64,000 bases of DNA, from positions 192,001 through 256,000 of the forward strand of contig OZ240215.1 of assembly GCA_965197585.1 (NCBI GenBank). Direction: 5' to 3'. The translations under genes and the position numbers were made by a program. Source of the DNA: Dehalococcoidia bacterium. Lineage in GTDB: Bacteria > Chloroflexota > Dehalococcoidia > Plut-88900. Position 1 is the first letter of the stretch. Every line of letters begins with the position of its first letter. A model generated the notes under the pieces. That model saw only the letters and a list, made by a program, of their open reading frames with translations. It had not been told where the DNA came from and made no database searches. Shown here in pieces: positions 1-10,800 of the stretch.

Positions 1-456
1 GTTCAATGGGCGGCGACAGGGTGCATCTCAGGGACGGAGAGCAAGTTTCCCGCCTAAGCCCCAGTTATCAGTTTGAGCACTTCCAGCCGAGCAGGACGAT
101 ATTGAGCGTTAGCGTAACTATGGAAGCGAATTCGGAAGGTCAAGAAAGTCCAATGAAATGGAACAAGATCATGCCGGAAGTCGCCCAATGGCGACCTCCC
201 GTCAACAAGAATCCTTCGTCAAAAGGTGATTTGTCGATCACGCGGCGCCACCCCGCGCAAGAGTTGCCCGGAAGGGCCGGCTCTCGTTGTATCCGTCCGC
301 CGGTGGGCATGGCAAGCTTGAAGGCCGAGGACCGGTGGCGTAGGATTAGCGCGAGTGTTGGCGTAGAACCGTGAGGTTCCTTTAGCCGGGGTGGCCGGCA
401 TTCGCTGTTCAATACTAGTCGATTCGGTATTTCTTGATAAGGCTAGGAGGCTAATT

Positions 457-852
457 ATGAGCACTACCGTGGAAAACAAGGCGGTGCAGGTAGTCCATGG
501 CACTCAGGACCCAACTACCACGAGCCAAACCCGGGGCATGATCAGAAAGCCCGGTATTGACTCCAACACCGTTGGCGCCGGCAAGATCTGGCTAGGCCAC
601 GTGACTTGTACGCCTAATACCTTGGGACCGCCACACCATCATGGGGAGGCGGAGACCGCAGCCTTCGTGTTGAGCGGCCAGATTCGGGTCTATTTCGGAG
701 AGAATCTCGAAGAATACGTGGACGCTGGCCCAGGAGACTTTATCTTCGTGCCGGCTCATACGCCCCATATCGAAGGGAACGTAACCGACGAACCTGCTGA
801 GGCGGTGCTCTCGAGGGGGCCGGACAACATAGTGATTAACCTGGAGGAGTGA
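457..852 (+). CDS. Cupin domain protein
   Basis: AGGAGG RBS at 445-450 before ATG 457. Cupin motifs PHHHGEAE and GDFIFVPAHTPH. Confidence 0.85.
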   Translation: MSTTVENKAVQVVHGTQDPTTTSQTRGMIRKPGIDSNTVGAGKIWLGHVTCTPNTLGPPHHHGEAETAAFVLSGQIRVYFGENLEEYVDAGPGDFIFVPAHTPHIEGNVTDEPAEAVLSRGPDNIVINLEE

Positions 853-1386
853 GCACTCCCAGGTTTGCTATGGCTGGGCTTCTAGGCGAAGGCCGCTCAC
901 ACCGCCTCTGATTAATGACAATCCCACCTCACCCTGGTGTCCCATGGCCCATCGAACTAAACAATGCCGAGGGCCTCAATGCCAAGGTATAGCTGCGGAC
1001 CTGCAATTGAGGACCGACACGTAGTGAGAAAGACGGCAGAACCCGAATGTAAGGGTTCCTCCCCTGGCTATTCCTGGCATTTCTCCTGGTCCTAGCCGCC
1101 TATTCGATTGAAATACCGCCTCCTGAGGAGACCCCATTATCTGTCCCGGCAATGCTGGGCCCCACTTCCACGGCGCAAGTTCCGGAGGACATCACGCCGA
1201 CATCTCGGGCCACCATAGAGTCCGCGGCCGCGACCGGCAATCCGTCACCTGGCTCCTTAAAGAGAACATCCTGCCCGATACCAACCCAGGTGCGAGCTGC
1301 GCCTCCAGAAACCCCGGTGCCGGGCTTGGCCGCCGCCTTCCCGATAACCGTGGAGCCAGGCACCGCGGAAATATAGAGAGGGCGAT

Positions 1387-2241
1387 CTACTCACCCGTCC
1401 CGGGCGACCAGTTGTATATCTTTTCAAGCGTTCCGCCCATTAGCGCGGAGCGCTCCGAATCCGAAAGCTGGTCAGCAACCCGGAATGCTTCAACACCTTG
1501 CTTATAGGTCAACAGTTTAACTGCCCGGGTCCAGTCAGTACCCCACATGCATCGATCGAAGCCGAACGCATCGAACACCTTGCCCAGATGCCCCCAGATG
1601 TCCGCGTACGGAAATGGCTCGTGGGAGAGGGTACAGGCTCCGGAAATCTTGATGGCCACGTTGTCATATTCGGCCAGTGAAAACACATCGGCCAGGTCAG
1701 CAAACGGTTCCGGAGGTGGGGGTGGCTTGAAGGGTTGGACCAGGCCCACATGATCGATCACCACCTGAGTGTTTGGATGGCGGCGAGCCAGCTCGCCCAT
1801 TAAGGGTAGCTTTCCCCAACACAAGACGTTCACCGGAACGCCCACGAGAGCACCGGCAGCGAGGATGCGATTTAGACCCGGGTCGTCCGCTTCGAATGGC
1901 CGGTACGCAAGCATGATGCGGGCGCCGACCACGCCAGGCAAACCGGTCCACTCCACCATCTCGTCAGCCGTCGCTTCGGACTGCGGATCGAATGGCTTGA
2001 TCAGGCCGAAACTGCCGGGATGTTTCGCGTATACCTCGAGAGCGTAGCTGGCATCGTAGCCATACATGGAGAACGGCGAAACCAACAAGGCCCCATCGAC
2101 GCCTACCGAGTCCATCGCGGCCACCATATCGTCGCCAGTCACCTCATCGGGGCCCTCCAAAAAGCCACTCCAGGGGCGCTCAGGGCGGTTACGCTCGTAC
2201 GCATGGACCTGCGAGTCAATTGTGGGAGTGCGAGTCGTCAT
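1387..2241 (-). CDS. Amidohydrolase family protein (Amidohydro_2, lactonase-like)
   Basis: IDSQVH start, VVIDHVG, IKISG and RCMWGTDW motifs. AAGGAGG RBS upstream of ATG 2241. Confidence 0.85.
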   Translation of the reverse strand: MTTRTPTIDSQVHAYERNRPERPWSGFLEGPDEVTGDDMVAAMDSVGVDGALLVSPFSMYGYDASYALEVYAKHPGSFGLIKPFDPQSEATADEMVEWTGLPGVVGARIMLAYRPFEADDPGLNRILAAGALVGVPVNVLCWGKLPLMGELARRHPNTQVVIDHVGLVQPFKPPPPPEPFADLADVFSLAEYDNVAIKISGACTLSHEPFPYADIWGHLGKVFDAFGFDRCMWGTDWTRAVKLLTYKQGVEAFRVADQLSDSERSALMGGTLEKIYNWSPGTGE

Positions 2242-2796
2242 CGCCTTCCTCCTTTTCATTCATGGATTTCGGGTGGTTGCATGAGGCTCTGCGCCAGAGT
2301 GCCCCTGAGCTATAAACCGATACATGTCAGACCTATATTCTTCATTGCAACTGCCCGGCGAGACATTCGCCGCACGGTACGTGTAGCCCTACCAACACTG
2401 CCGGGCCGACAATTCATCCAATACGCTTCATGTTTTGTAGTGCGCCTGTCAATATACCCGAGTGCTGTTGTCGCGCCACATGGGTGGTGCATTAAAGTAT
2501 GGCCAATTGTTCCCGGACATCTTGGTCTTGTAGCCATGGTCGGCGCTTCTGGAATCAGATTCCTGCCATCTGTTGGCGCTGGATGCGCCTGCTTGTCCTT
2601 AAGGACAAACAGACTGCCAAAGAAAGCGTAGTGATGTATTATGCAACGAGCCCCCCTAGACTGCCTTTCCTCCAACGACTCCGTAAGGTTTACCTGAACC
2701 CCTTCTGCTAAGTGCATATGTATCTATCCCCTATGTTACAAACGAACCTTTTCACAGGAACCGTACAGCGTAGACTACTTTTGTTGAGGCTTTGAT

Positions 2797-4056
2797 TTGG
2801 AGATGACTGTACGAAATGCGGTTGTTCAGTCCCGACGCGCGGTCGGGCGTACTGGTATTGACTACCTGCGCTTCGGACTGAGGATTTCAGTATGGTTCCG
2901 ATGGTTCGCTGTAATTGCGTGGTTGGCCCAGCTGCACCATCAAGTCTCCTTCGCGCACCCCGGCTATATCGCCCAGATGCTGTTCGGGGTGTTGCTGTTG
3001 GCACTGAACGGCTACGTCCTCTACCGTATCGAAACGAAACGGACGGCGTCGTGGCGGTGGGTCTTGGCACTGAGTGCGATGGACGTAGTGATGCTCACGG
3101 GCGGGCTGGTGGTCTCAAGCGGATCCGGGGACGACTTCTTCGTGCTGTATTACGCAGCACTTGCCATGTTCGCCGCCGTGTGTGCGTCCATCAGGGTCAG
3201 CTTCGCGGGCGCCACGGCTATATCAGCAATGTACATTGCTCTGAGTCTGACGTCAGAGCCGGGCGGCGGCTTCGAATTCGAAGAAGAGGAGGTCCTGCTC
3301 TCTAGGATTATCGCCATGTACGCTGTGGTAGCAGCAGTTGGTCTCGTGGCAAGGTTCGAGAGAATCAGATCGAGTTACGATCGAGCCAGAAGACGGAAGG
3401 CGGTGGAACGGGAACGCGAGCTCCTGCAGGAGCGGATCGAACTATCACAGACCATCCATGACACTATAGCCCAATCGGCGTACCTGATTGGGCTTGGACT
3501 GGAGTCAGCTATTGAGATGGCCGAGGCCCGAAGAAACGAAAACCGTAGAGAGCTTATAGCCAAATTGGAGGCCACCCTGGCCCTGTCAAAGTCCGCCATG
3601 TGGGAACTGAGGCATCCCATCGACATAGGAGCGATATTCGAAGGGCAAGGCCTGAGCTGGGTGCTGCAGTCCCACGCTTCTACATTCACCACCGTCACTT
3701 CGATTCCTACTGAAGTGCTCCAGTCTGGAAAGGAGCCGGAACTTCCTACGGCCACGCGGAGAGCGCTATTCTCAATAGCCCACAACGCCCTGACGAACGC
3801 ATTTCGCCACTCAAGAGCCAGCAAAATTATTATCAAGCTGGACTTTGAGGATGATTGGCTTCGAATGTCCATATTGGACGACGGTATTGGGCTACCCGAC
3901 GACTTTTCTGACCGAGGCCAGGGCTTCAGGAACATGAGGGCCGACGTGGAGCGTATGAGCGGCAGTATGGTGGCCGGCCCAGGCGAATCCGGACAAGGCA
4001 CTACCGTATCGTGCACTATTCCATACCACCCAGATAAAGAGGGGTTGGTGCATTGA
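2797..4056 (+). CDS. Membrane sensor histidine kinase (HisKA_3/NarX-like)
   Basis: Multiple N-terminal TM helices, ELSQTIHD H-box, NAFRHS N-box, DDGIG and GQGFRNM G-boxes. Start may be ATG 2803. Confidence 0.9.
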   Translation: MEMTVRNAVVQSRRAVGRTGIDYLRFGLRISVWFRWFAVIAWLAQLHHQVSFAHPGYIAQMLFGVLLLALNGYVLYRIETKRTASWRWVLALSAMDVVMLTGGLVVSSGSGDDFFVLYYAALAMFAAVCASIRVSFAGATAISAMYIALSLTSEPGGGFEFEEEEVLLSRIIAMYAVVAAVGLVARFERIRSSYDRARRRKAVERERELLQERIELSQTIHDTIAQSAYLIGLGLESAIEMAEARRNENRRELIAKLEATLALSKSAMWELRHPIDIGAIFEGQGLSWVLQSHASTFTTVTSIPTEVLQSGKEPELPTATRRALFSIAHNALTNAFRHSRASKIIIKLDFEDDWLRMSILDDGIGLPDDFSDRGQGFRNMRADVERMSGSMVAGPGESGQGTTVSCTIPYHPDKEGLVH

Positions 4057-4715
4057 CCCCAGAAGCACAAACCCGATTGATGCTCGTGGACGATCACGAG
4101 ATTATGCGGGACGGTCTCCGCGAAGTCCTTGAGCATTCGGGTGAATTCCGAGTTGTTGGCGAAGCCGGAGACGGCGACGAAGCGGTGACGGTCGCGCTGA
4201 ATATCAAGCCCGATGTCATCATCATGGATGTGATGATGCCGGTAAAGAACGGCATCGAAGCGTGCCGTGAGATAACGGCGATTCTGCCTGACACCAGAGT
4301 TCTTGTTCTGACAGCATCCCGGCAAGAATACGCTGTTATGGAAGCATTCGCCGCGGGCGCAACGGGATACCTCCAGAAGTATTCGGGCAAAGAGCAGTTG
4401 CTGCGCACCGTCCGGGACGTTGCGAATGGAGAATACCGAATGCCTGCCGACGCCATTAGACGCGCTTTCGCCGGAGTAAAGGCCACGTCGAATCAGATTG
4501 GCGCCCCAATGCCGGGAAGATTAACCCAGCGAGAGCGAGAGATACTGACGCTGTTCAGCCAGGGGCTGTCATATATTGATATTGCCAAAATCAGGGGCAA
4601 CAAGTGGGTGACAATCCGCAACGCAATCTACGGTATCCAGGACAAGTTGGGAATTAATACGAAACAGGAACTAGCGGTCTGGGCAGTGCGAAACGGTCTA
4701 CTTGATGACTACTAG
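4053..4715 (+). CDS. NarL/LuxR-family response regulator
   Basis: LVDDH, IMDVMMP phospho-Asp, LTQREREIL LuxR HTH. Start overlaps the kinase stop. Confidence 0.92.
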   Translation: MTPEAQTRLMLVDDHEIMRDGLREVLEHSGEFRVVGEAGDGDEAVTVALNIKPDVIIMDVMMPVKNGIEACREITAILPDTRVLVLTASRQEYAVMEAFAAGATGYLQKYSGKEQLLRTVRDVANGEYRMPADAIRRAFAGVKATSNQIGAPMPGRLTQREREILTLFSQGLSYIDIAKIRGNKWVTIRNAIYGIQDKLGINTKQELAVWAVRNGLLDDY

Positions 4716-4841
4716 CCAGATAAACAGCGCTGGGATACACAGCTTCGTGCAGCATCTGGTTGCCAAGGAATAAGCCTGCCGCAGTTTACGATTCTTGGAC
4801 TGTTACCTTTTGTCCTGAAGTGGTTAGCAGTGAAGTTCTGA

Positions 4842-7800
4842 GTGGCGGAGTTGAGGGATGGGAACATGAACATTGTCGATGGCTGGCCTCGGCCAGCCAT
4901 GCTGGCCCTGAAGTCGGCGGTGGGCATGCTCGCCCTGATAGCAATACTGGCTTGCGGTGATTCTGCCGACGAGTTGTCGCCGACCGCGACCCCGCCGTCA
5001 ATTCAATTCGCCACCCCTCCAGGCGCTACATCCACGAGTGCCGACGACCAATCCGGCTCCGATATCGACATTCAACTTGACGGGACGCCAACTCCCTACC
5101 CGACGGCAACTCCTTACCCTACTGCCACTCCATATCCCACGGCCACGCCGTATGTCGTGGATGCTGGCACGGACGGAAAGACGGCCACTGAATCGACTGC
5201 TGGTGACTCAACAGAATCTTCTACATCCGGGCCAACAACCGGTATCACGATACCGAAGAAGACCGACTTGGAACGTCCCAAGGTGGGTTCGAAGCTAGAT
5301 GGCCTGATTGCGAAGGTGGAGGCGGGAGAAATATCGCCACGGGAAGCCGCAAGAGAAGCGCCCCTGCACTTAGGAGAGTCGGTGGGCGTAACCATCTGGC
5401 TCTCCGGCAACGTGGACGGTGTCGTGCGCTTCTTGGAAAACAATGGGGCCACCAACATAGCCGCTGGCGAGGACTACATCGAAGCTTACGTACCGGTATT
5501 GCTGCTGGTGGAAACATCCCAGCAAGCAGGCGTGCTGCAAATCAGGCTCATCCAACCCCCAGGAGAGACAGGAAGCACTTTTCAGATCGCCGGCAATGGC
5601 CCCGGAGTGCATGGCTCGGCGGCCTGGAACCAGGCGGGATATAGCGGGCAAGGCATCAAAGTAGGGGTGATAGACATCGGGTTCTCTGGGCTTCAGGAAG
5701 TCCTGGGCACCGAAGTGCCGGCGAACGTACAGGCCAGGTGTTACACGGTTTTGGGACTGCACACTCGGAATTTGTCTGATTGTGGCGGGGGTACCCACGG
5801 CACTGAGGTTTCCGAGTCGGTCGTTGACATTGCTCCGGAAGTAACGCTGTACATTTCGGACCCCAGGTCTCGAACGGAATTGCAGGACGCCGTCGACTGG
5901 ATGATCTCGGAGGGCGTATCGGTAATCAACCACTCGAGACTATGGCCATTCGACGGCCCGGGAGACGGCACTTCCCCTTTTTCCATTAGCCCGCTGAACA
6001 CTATTGATACAGCGGTGTCGGCGGGCATCGTCTGGGTTAACGCGGCTGGAAACCAGGCCCGGGGCGTGTGGTTTCAACGCGGTCCTTTCGAGTACACAAC
6101 CATAAATGTGGATGGTGAGGACGTGAAGTTTCTCAGATTTTCGGGATCTGAATTCAAGAATACGGGTTCCTACGTCGGGGGCAAGCTAGAGTTGCGATGG
6201 GAGGACGACTGGGGCAGGGCTAATACCGACCTGGACCTTTTTGCCCTGGCGCGAGGAACAGACGATATAGCGCTGCAGAGCATTGATCTCCAGTCGGGTG
6301 GGGAGGGTCACTACCCCTACGAAACGGTGGGCGGCCTGGCCACATTTGACATCCTGGTTGCGCACCGCGGCGGCTCGGAGCCCGATTGGATCCAGTTGAT
6401 CGGCTGGGGCCCGACTCGGCTAACGGTGAACTCGTCCGGAGCCGGTAGCATTATCAACCCGGCAGAGAGCGCCAGCCCCGGTCTGCTGGCAGTGGGCGCC
6501 GCCCCCTGGTACAGCGCAAGCACCATAGAGGGTTTCAGCAGCCGCGGGCCCACTCCGGACGGGAGAATCAAGCCGGATATAGTAGCCGCGGACTGCGGCC
6601 AAACGGCAACTGGCGACAGGGGATTTTGCGGCACCAGCCAGGCATCCCCTCACGTGGCCGGCATGGTCGCCTTGGTTCGTCAGCGGTTTCCCCAGTATAC
6701 CCCGGCTCAAGTTGTCTCCTATCTGAAGGAGAACGCCCAACAGCGGATTACCAGCCCTGACCCCAACAACACATGGGGCCACGGATTTCTCGTCCTTCCC
6801 CCAATCACCGGAATAACCACTACGATAGCGCCAGCGGCACCGACCGCATTAATCGCCTCGGCGGACGGCCAGACTCAGATCATTCTGTCGTGGAGAGCGC
6901 CGTCTGATGATGGTGGCACGCCCATCACCGGCTACCGGATCGAAGCCTCGACCAACGGCTCCGCCTGGAGCGATTTGGTGGCCAATACCCGCTCCACCGC
7001 CACCAACTACTCCCACACCGGCCTGACGGCGGGCAGCACCCGCCACTACCGAGTGTCGGCCATTAACTCCGCCGGCGCGGGCACGGCGTCCAACGTCGCC
7101 AATGACACTACTGACGTCGCATCCGTATCGGACCTCTTGGTGGACTCGCCCACGGTGAGCGATAGCGCTCCGGCAGCACGAGCGCGGTTCACGCTGAACG
7201 CCACAGTGCGTAACGAGGGCAACGGCCCATCAGCGTTCACTACGCTGCGGTACTATCAATCCAGCGACGCAACCATCACAAGTTCTGACACCCCCGTTGG
7301 TACGGACTCCGTGTCCCGCCTAGATGCATCGGAGAGCGGAGACGAGTGGATTAGCCTAACAGCTCCTTCCACACACGGGACGTATTACTATGGGGCCTGT
7401 GTGGACTCGGTATCAGATGAGTCCAATATGACCAACAACTGCTCACCCGCGGTGGCCGTATTTGTCGGTGTTGCACCTGCGCCCGACCTTGTAGTGGATA
7501 CGCCCACGGTGGACGCCAGCGCTCCGGCAGCGGGAGCGCGGTTCTCACTGAGTGCTAAGGTGCGCAACGAGGGCAACGGCTCTTCGGCGTTCACCACGCT
7601 GCGCTACTACCAATCCAGCGACTCAAGAATCACAAGTTCTGACACGTCCGTTGGCACAGACTCAGTGTCCAGCCTCGACGCATTGGAGAGCGGAGACGAG
7701 TCGATCAGCCTGGTCGCTCCGTCCACACCCGGAACCTACTACTATGGTGCGTGCGTGGACTCGCTATCAGATGAGCTCGATGCCCAGAATAACTGCTCGT

Positions 7801-10800
7801 CCGCGGTGACCGTAACGGTTGGCGTAGCTCCCGCACCTGACCTGGTGTTGGACACGCCCACGGTCAGCGAGAGCGTACCGGCAGCAGGAGCGCGGTTCAC
7901 GCTGAACGCCACGGTGAGGAACCAGGGTAACGGCTCATCGACGTTCACGACGCTGCGCTATTACCGGTCCACCGATTCCGCCATAACAACTTCCGATAAT
8001 CCCGTCGGCACGGACCTATTATTCCGGCTTGACGACTCGGAGGCCGGAGACGAATGGATCAGCCTGACCGCTCCCTCGGACCCCGGCACCTACTACTATG
8101 GAGCGTGCGTGGACTCGGTAACAGATGAACTGGACACGACCAACAACTGCTCGTCCGCGGTAACCGTAACGGTTGGTGTTGCTCCCGCACCTGACCTGGT
8201 GATGGACACACCCACGGTCAGCGAGAGCGCACCGGCAGCAGGAGCGCGTTTCACGCTGAACGTCACGGTGCGCAACCAGGGCAATGGGCCGTCGGACTCG
8301 ACTACTCTGCGCTACTACCGCTCCACTGACTCTACGATCACGACCGGCGACGCGGAGGCAGGCACGGACTCCGTGTTCCGGCTTGGGGTATCTGCCAACG
8401 GAGACGAGTGGATCAGCCTGACGGCTCCCTCGGACCCCGGCACGTACTATTACGGAGCGTGCGTGGACGCGGTATCAGATGAGCTGGACACGACCAACAA
8501 CTGCTCCGCTGCCGTGACCGTTAATGTGGGAAGAGCGCCCGCTCCCGACTTGGTCGTTGGCCCCCTCAATCTAGGGGGCAGCATCCCGCTAGCAGGAAAG
8601 TCCTTCCTTTTGAACGGCGGCGCGGAGAACCAGGGCGACGCCCCATCAGCCAGTACCACCTTGCGCTACTATCTTTCGACCGACACTACAATCACTACGA
8701 GTGATACGGAAATAGGCAATGCATCGGTTATCCCACTCGGTCCGTCGGGAGGTTACAGAGCCGGTATCAGGCCCACTGCTCCCTCTACTCCCGGAACTTA
8801 CTACTACGGTGCGTGTGTGGACTCGGTATCCGGGGAGTTGGACACTACCAACAATTGCTCCACTGCGTTGGAAGTCGTAGTTGGGGCAGCCCCGGTTCCC
8901 GACCTGGTCGTAGACACGCCCACGGTCAGCGAGAGTGCACCGGCTGCAGGAGCCCGGTTCACCCTGAGCGCCACGGTGCGTAACCAGGGCAATGACCGGT
9001 CAGACTCAACCACCCTGCGCTACTACCGGTCCACCGACTCGACCATCACAGCTTCCGATACTGCCGCAGGTACGGACTTCGTGTCCCGGCTTGACGGATT
9101 GGAGACCGGCGATGAGTTCATCAGCGTAACTGCTCCTTCTGATCCGGGCACCTACTACTACGGAGCGTGCGTGGACTCGGTAACCGAAGAGTCTGACACG
9201 ACCAACAACTGCTCCTCGGCAGTGACAGTATCAGTCGGAGCAGCCCCTGCACCTGACCTGTTCGTAGACACACCCACGGTCAGCGAGAGGGCTCCGGCTG
9301 CAGGAGCCCTCTTCACCCTGAGCGCCACGGTGCGTAACCAGGGCAATGACCGGTCAGACTCAACCACCCTGCGCTACTATTGGTCCACAGACTCGACCAT
9401 CACAACTTCCGATACTGCCGCAGGCACGGACTCGGTATCTGGACTTAGCTCGAACGGGACCAGCGATGAGTCGATCAGCGTAACTGCTCCTTCTGATCCG
9501 GGCACCTACTACTATGGGGCCTGCGTGGACGGGGTAACCGATGAGTCTGACACGACCAACAACTGCTCCACTGCAGTGACCGTTAATGTGGGAAGAGCGC
9601 CCGCTCCCGACTTGGTCGTTGGCCCCCTCAATCTAGGGGGCAGCATCCCGCTAGCAGGAAAGTCCTTCCTTTTGAACAGCGGCGCGGAGAACCAGGGCGA
9701 CGCCCCATCAGCCAGTACCACCTTGCGCTACTATCTTTCGACCGACACTACAATCACTACGAGTGATACGGAAATAGGCAATGCATCGGTTGTCCCACTC
9801 GGTCCGTCGGGAGGTTACAGAGCCGGTATCAGGCCCACTGCTCCCTCTACTCCCGGAACTTACTACTACGGTGCGTGTGTGGACTCGGTATCCGGGGAGT
9901 TGGACACTACCAACAATTGCTCCACTGCGTTGGAAGTCGTAGTTGGGGCAGCCCCGGTTCCCGACCTAGTCGTAGACACGCCCACGGTCAGCGAGAGTGC
10001 ACCGGCAGCAGAAGCGCGGTTCACGCTGAACGCCACGGTGAGGAACCGGAGTAACGGCTCATCGACGTTCACGACGCTGCGCTATTACCGCTCCACTGAT
10101 TCGACTATTACAAGTTCTGACACGTCCGTGGGCACGGACTTGGTATCCGGGCTTAGCTCGTCCGGGAGCAGCGATGAGTCGATCAGCCTGACTGCGCCTT
10201 CTACACCCGGGACCTACTATTACGGGGCCTGCGTGGACTCGGTAACCGATGAGTCTGACACGACCAACAACTGCTCCGTAGCGGTGACAGTGGTCGTGGG
10301 TGCAGCACCTGCGCCCGACTTGGTAGTTGCCATGCCCACAGTTAGCGATAACAGCCCGACTGCCGGAGCGTCCTTCACACTGAACGCCACGGTGCGCAAC
10401 CAGGGCAACGGCTCATCGACGTTCACGACGCTGCGCTATTACCGCTCCACCGATTCGACTATTACAAGTTCTGACACGTCCGTGGGCACGGACTTCGTGT
10501 CCCGCCTAGATGCAGCAGAGACCGGAGATGAGTCTATCAGCCTGACGGCTCCCTCAGACCCGGGCACCTACTATTACGGAGCGTGCGTGGACTCGGTAAC
10601 AGATGAGCTGGACACGACCAACAATTGCTCGTCCGCGGTGACCGTAACGGTTGGTGCAGCTCCCGCACCTGACCTGGTGATGGACACGCCCACGGTCAGC
10701 GAGAGCGCACCGGCTGCAGGAGCCTCCTTCACCCTAAACGCGACGGTGCGGAACCAGGGCAACGGCTCATCGGCGTTCACTACGCTGCGCTACTACCAAT

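Noticed and set aside
176-199. 10-bp hairpin containing GGAGG on the minus strand, and ORF 6-374
   Set aside because: No credible downstream gene or family motif; context is cut by the window edge.
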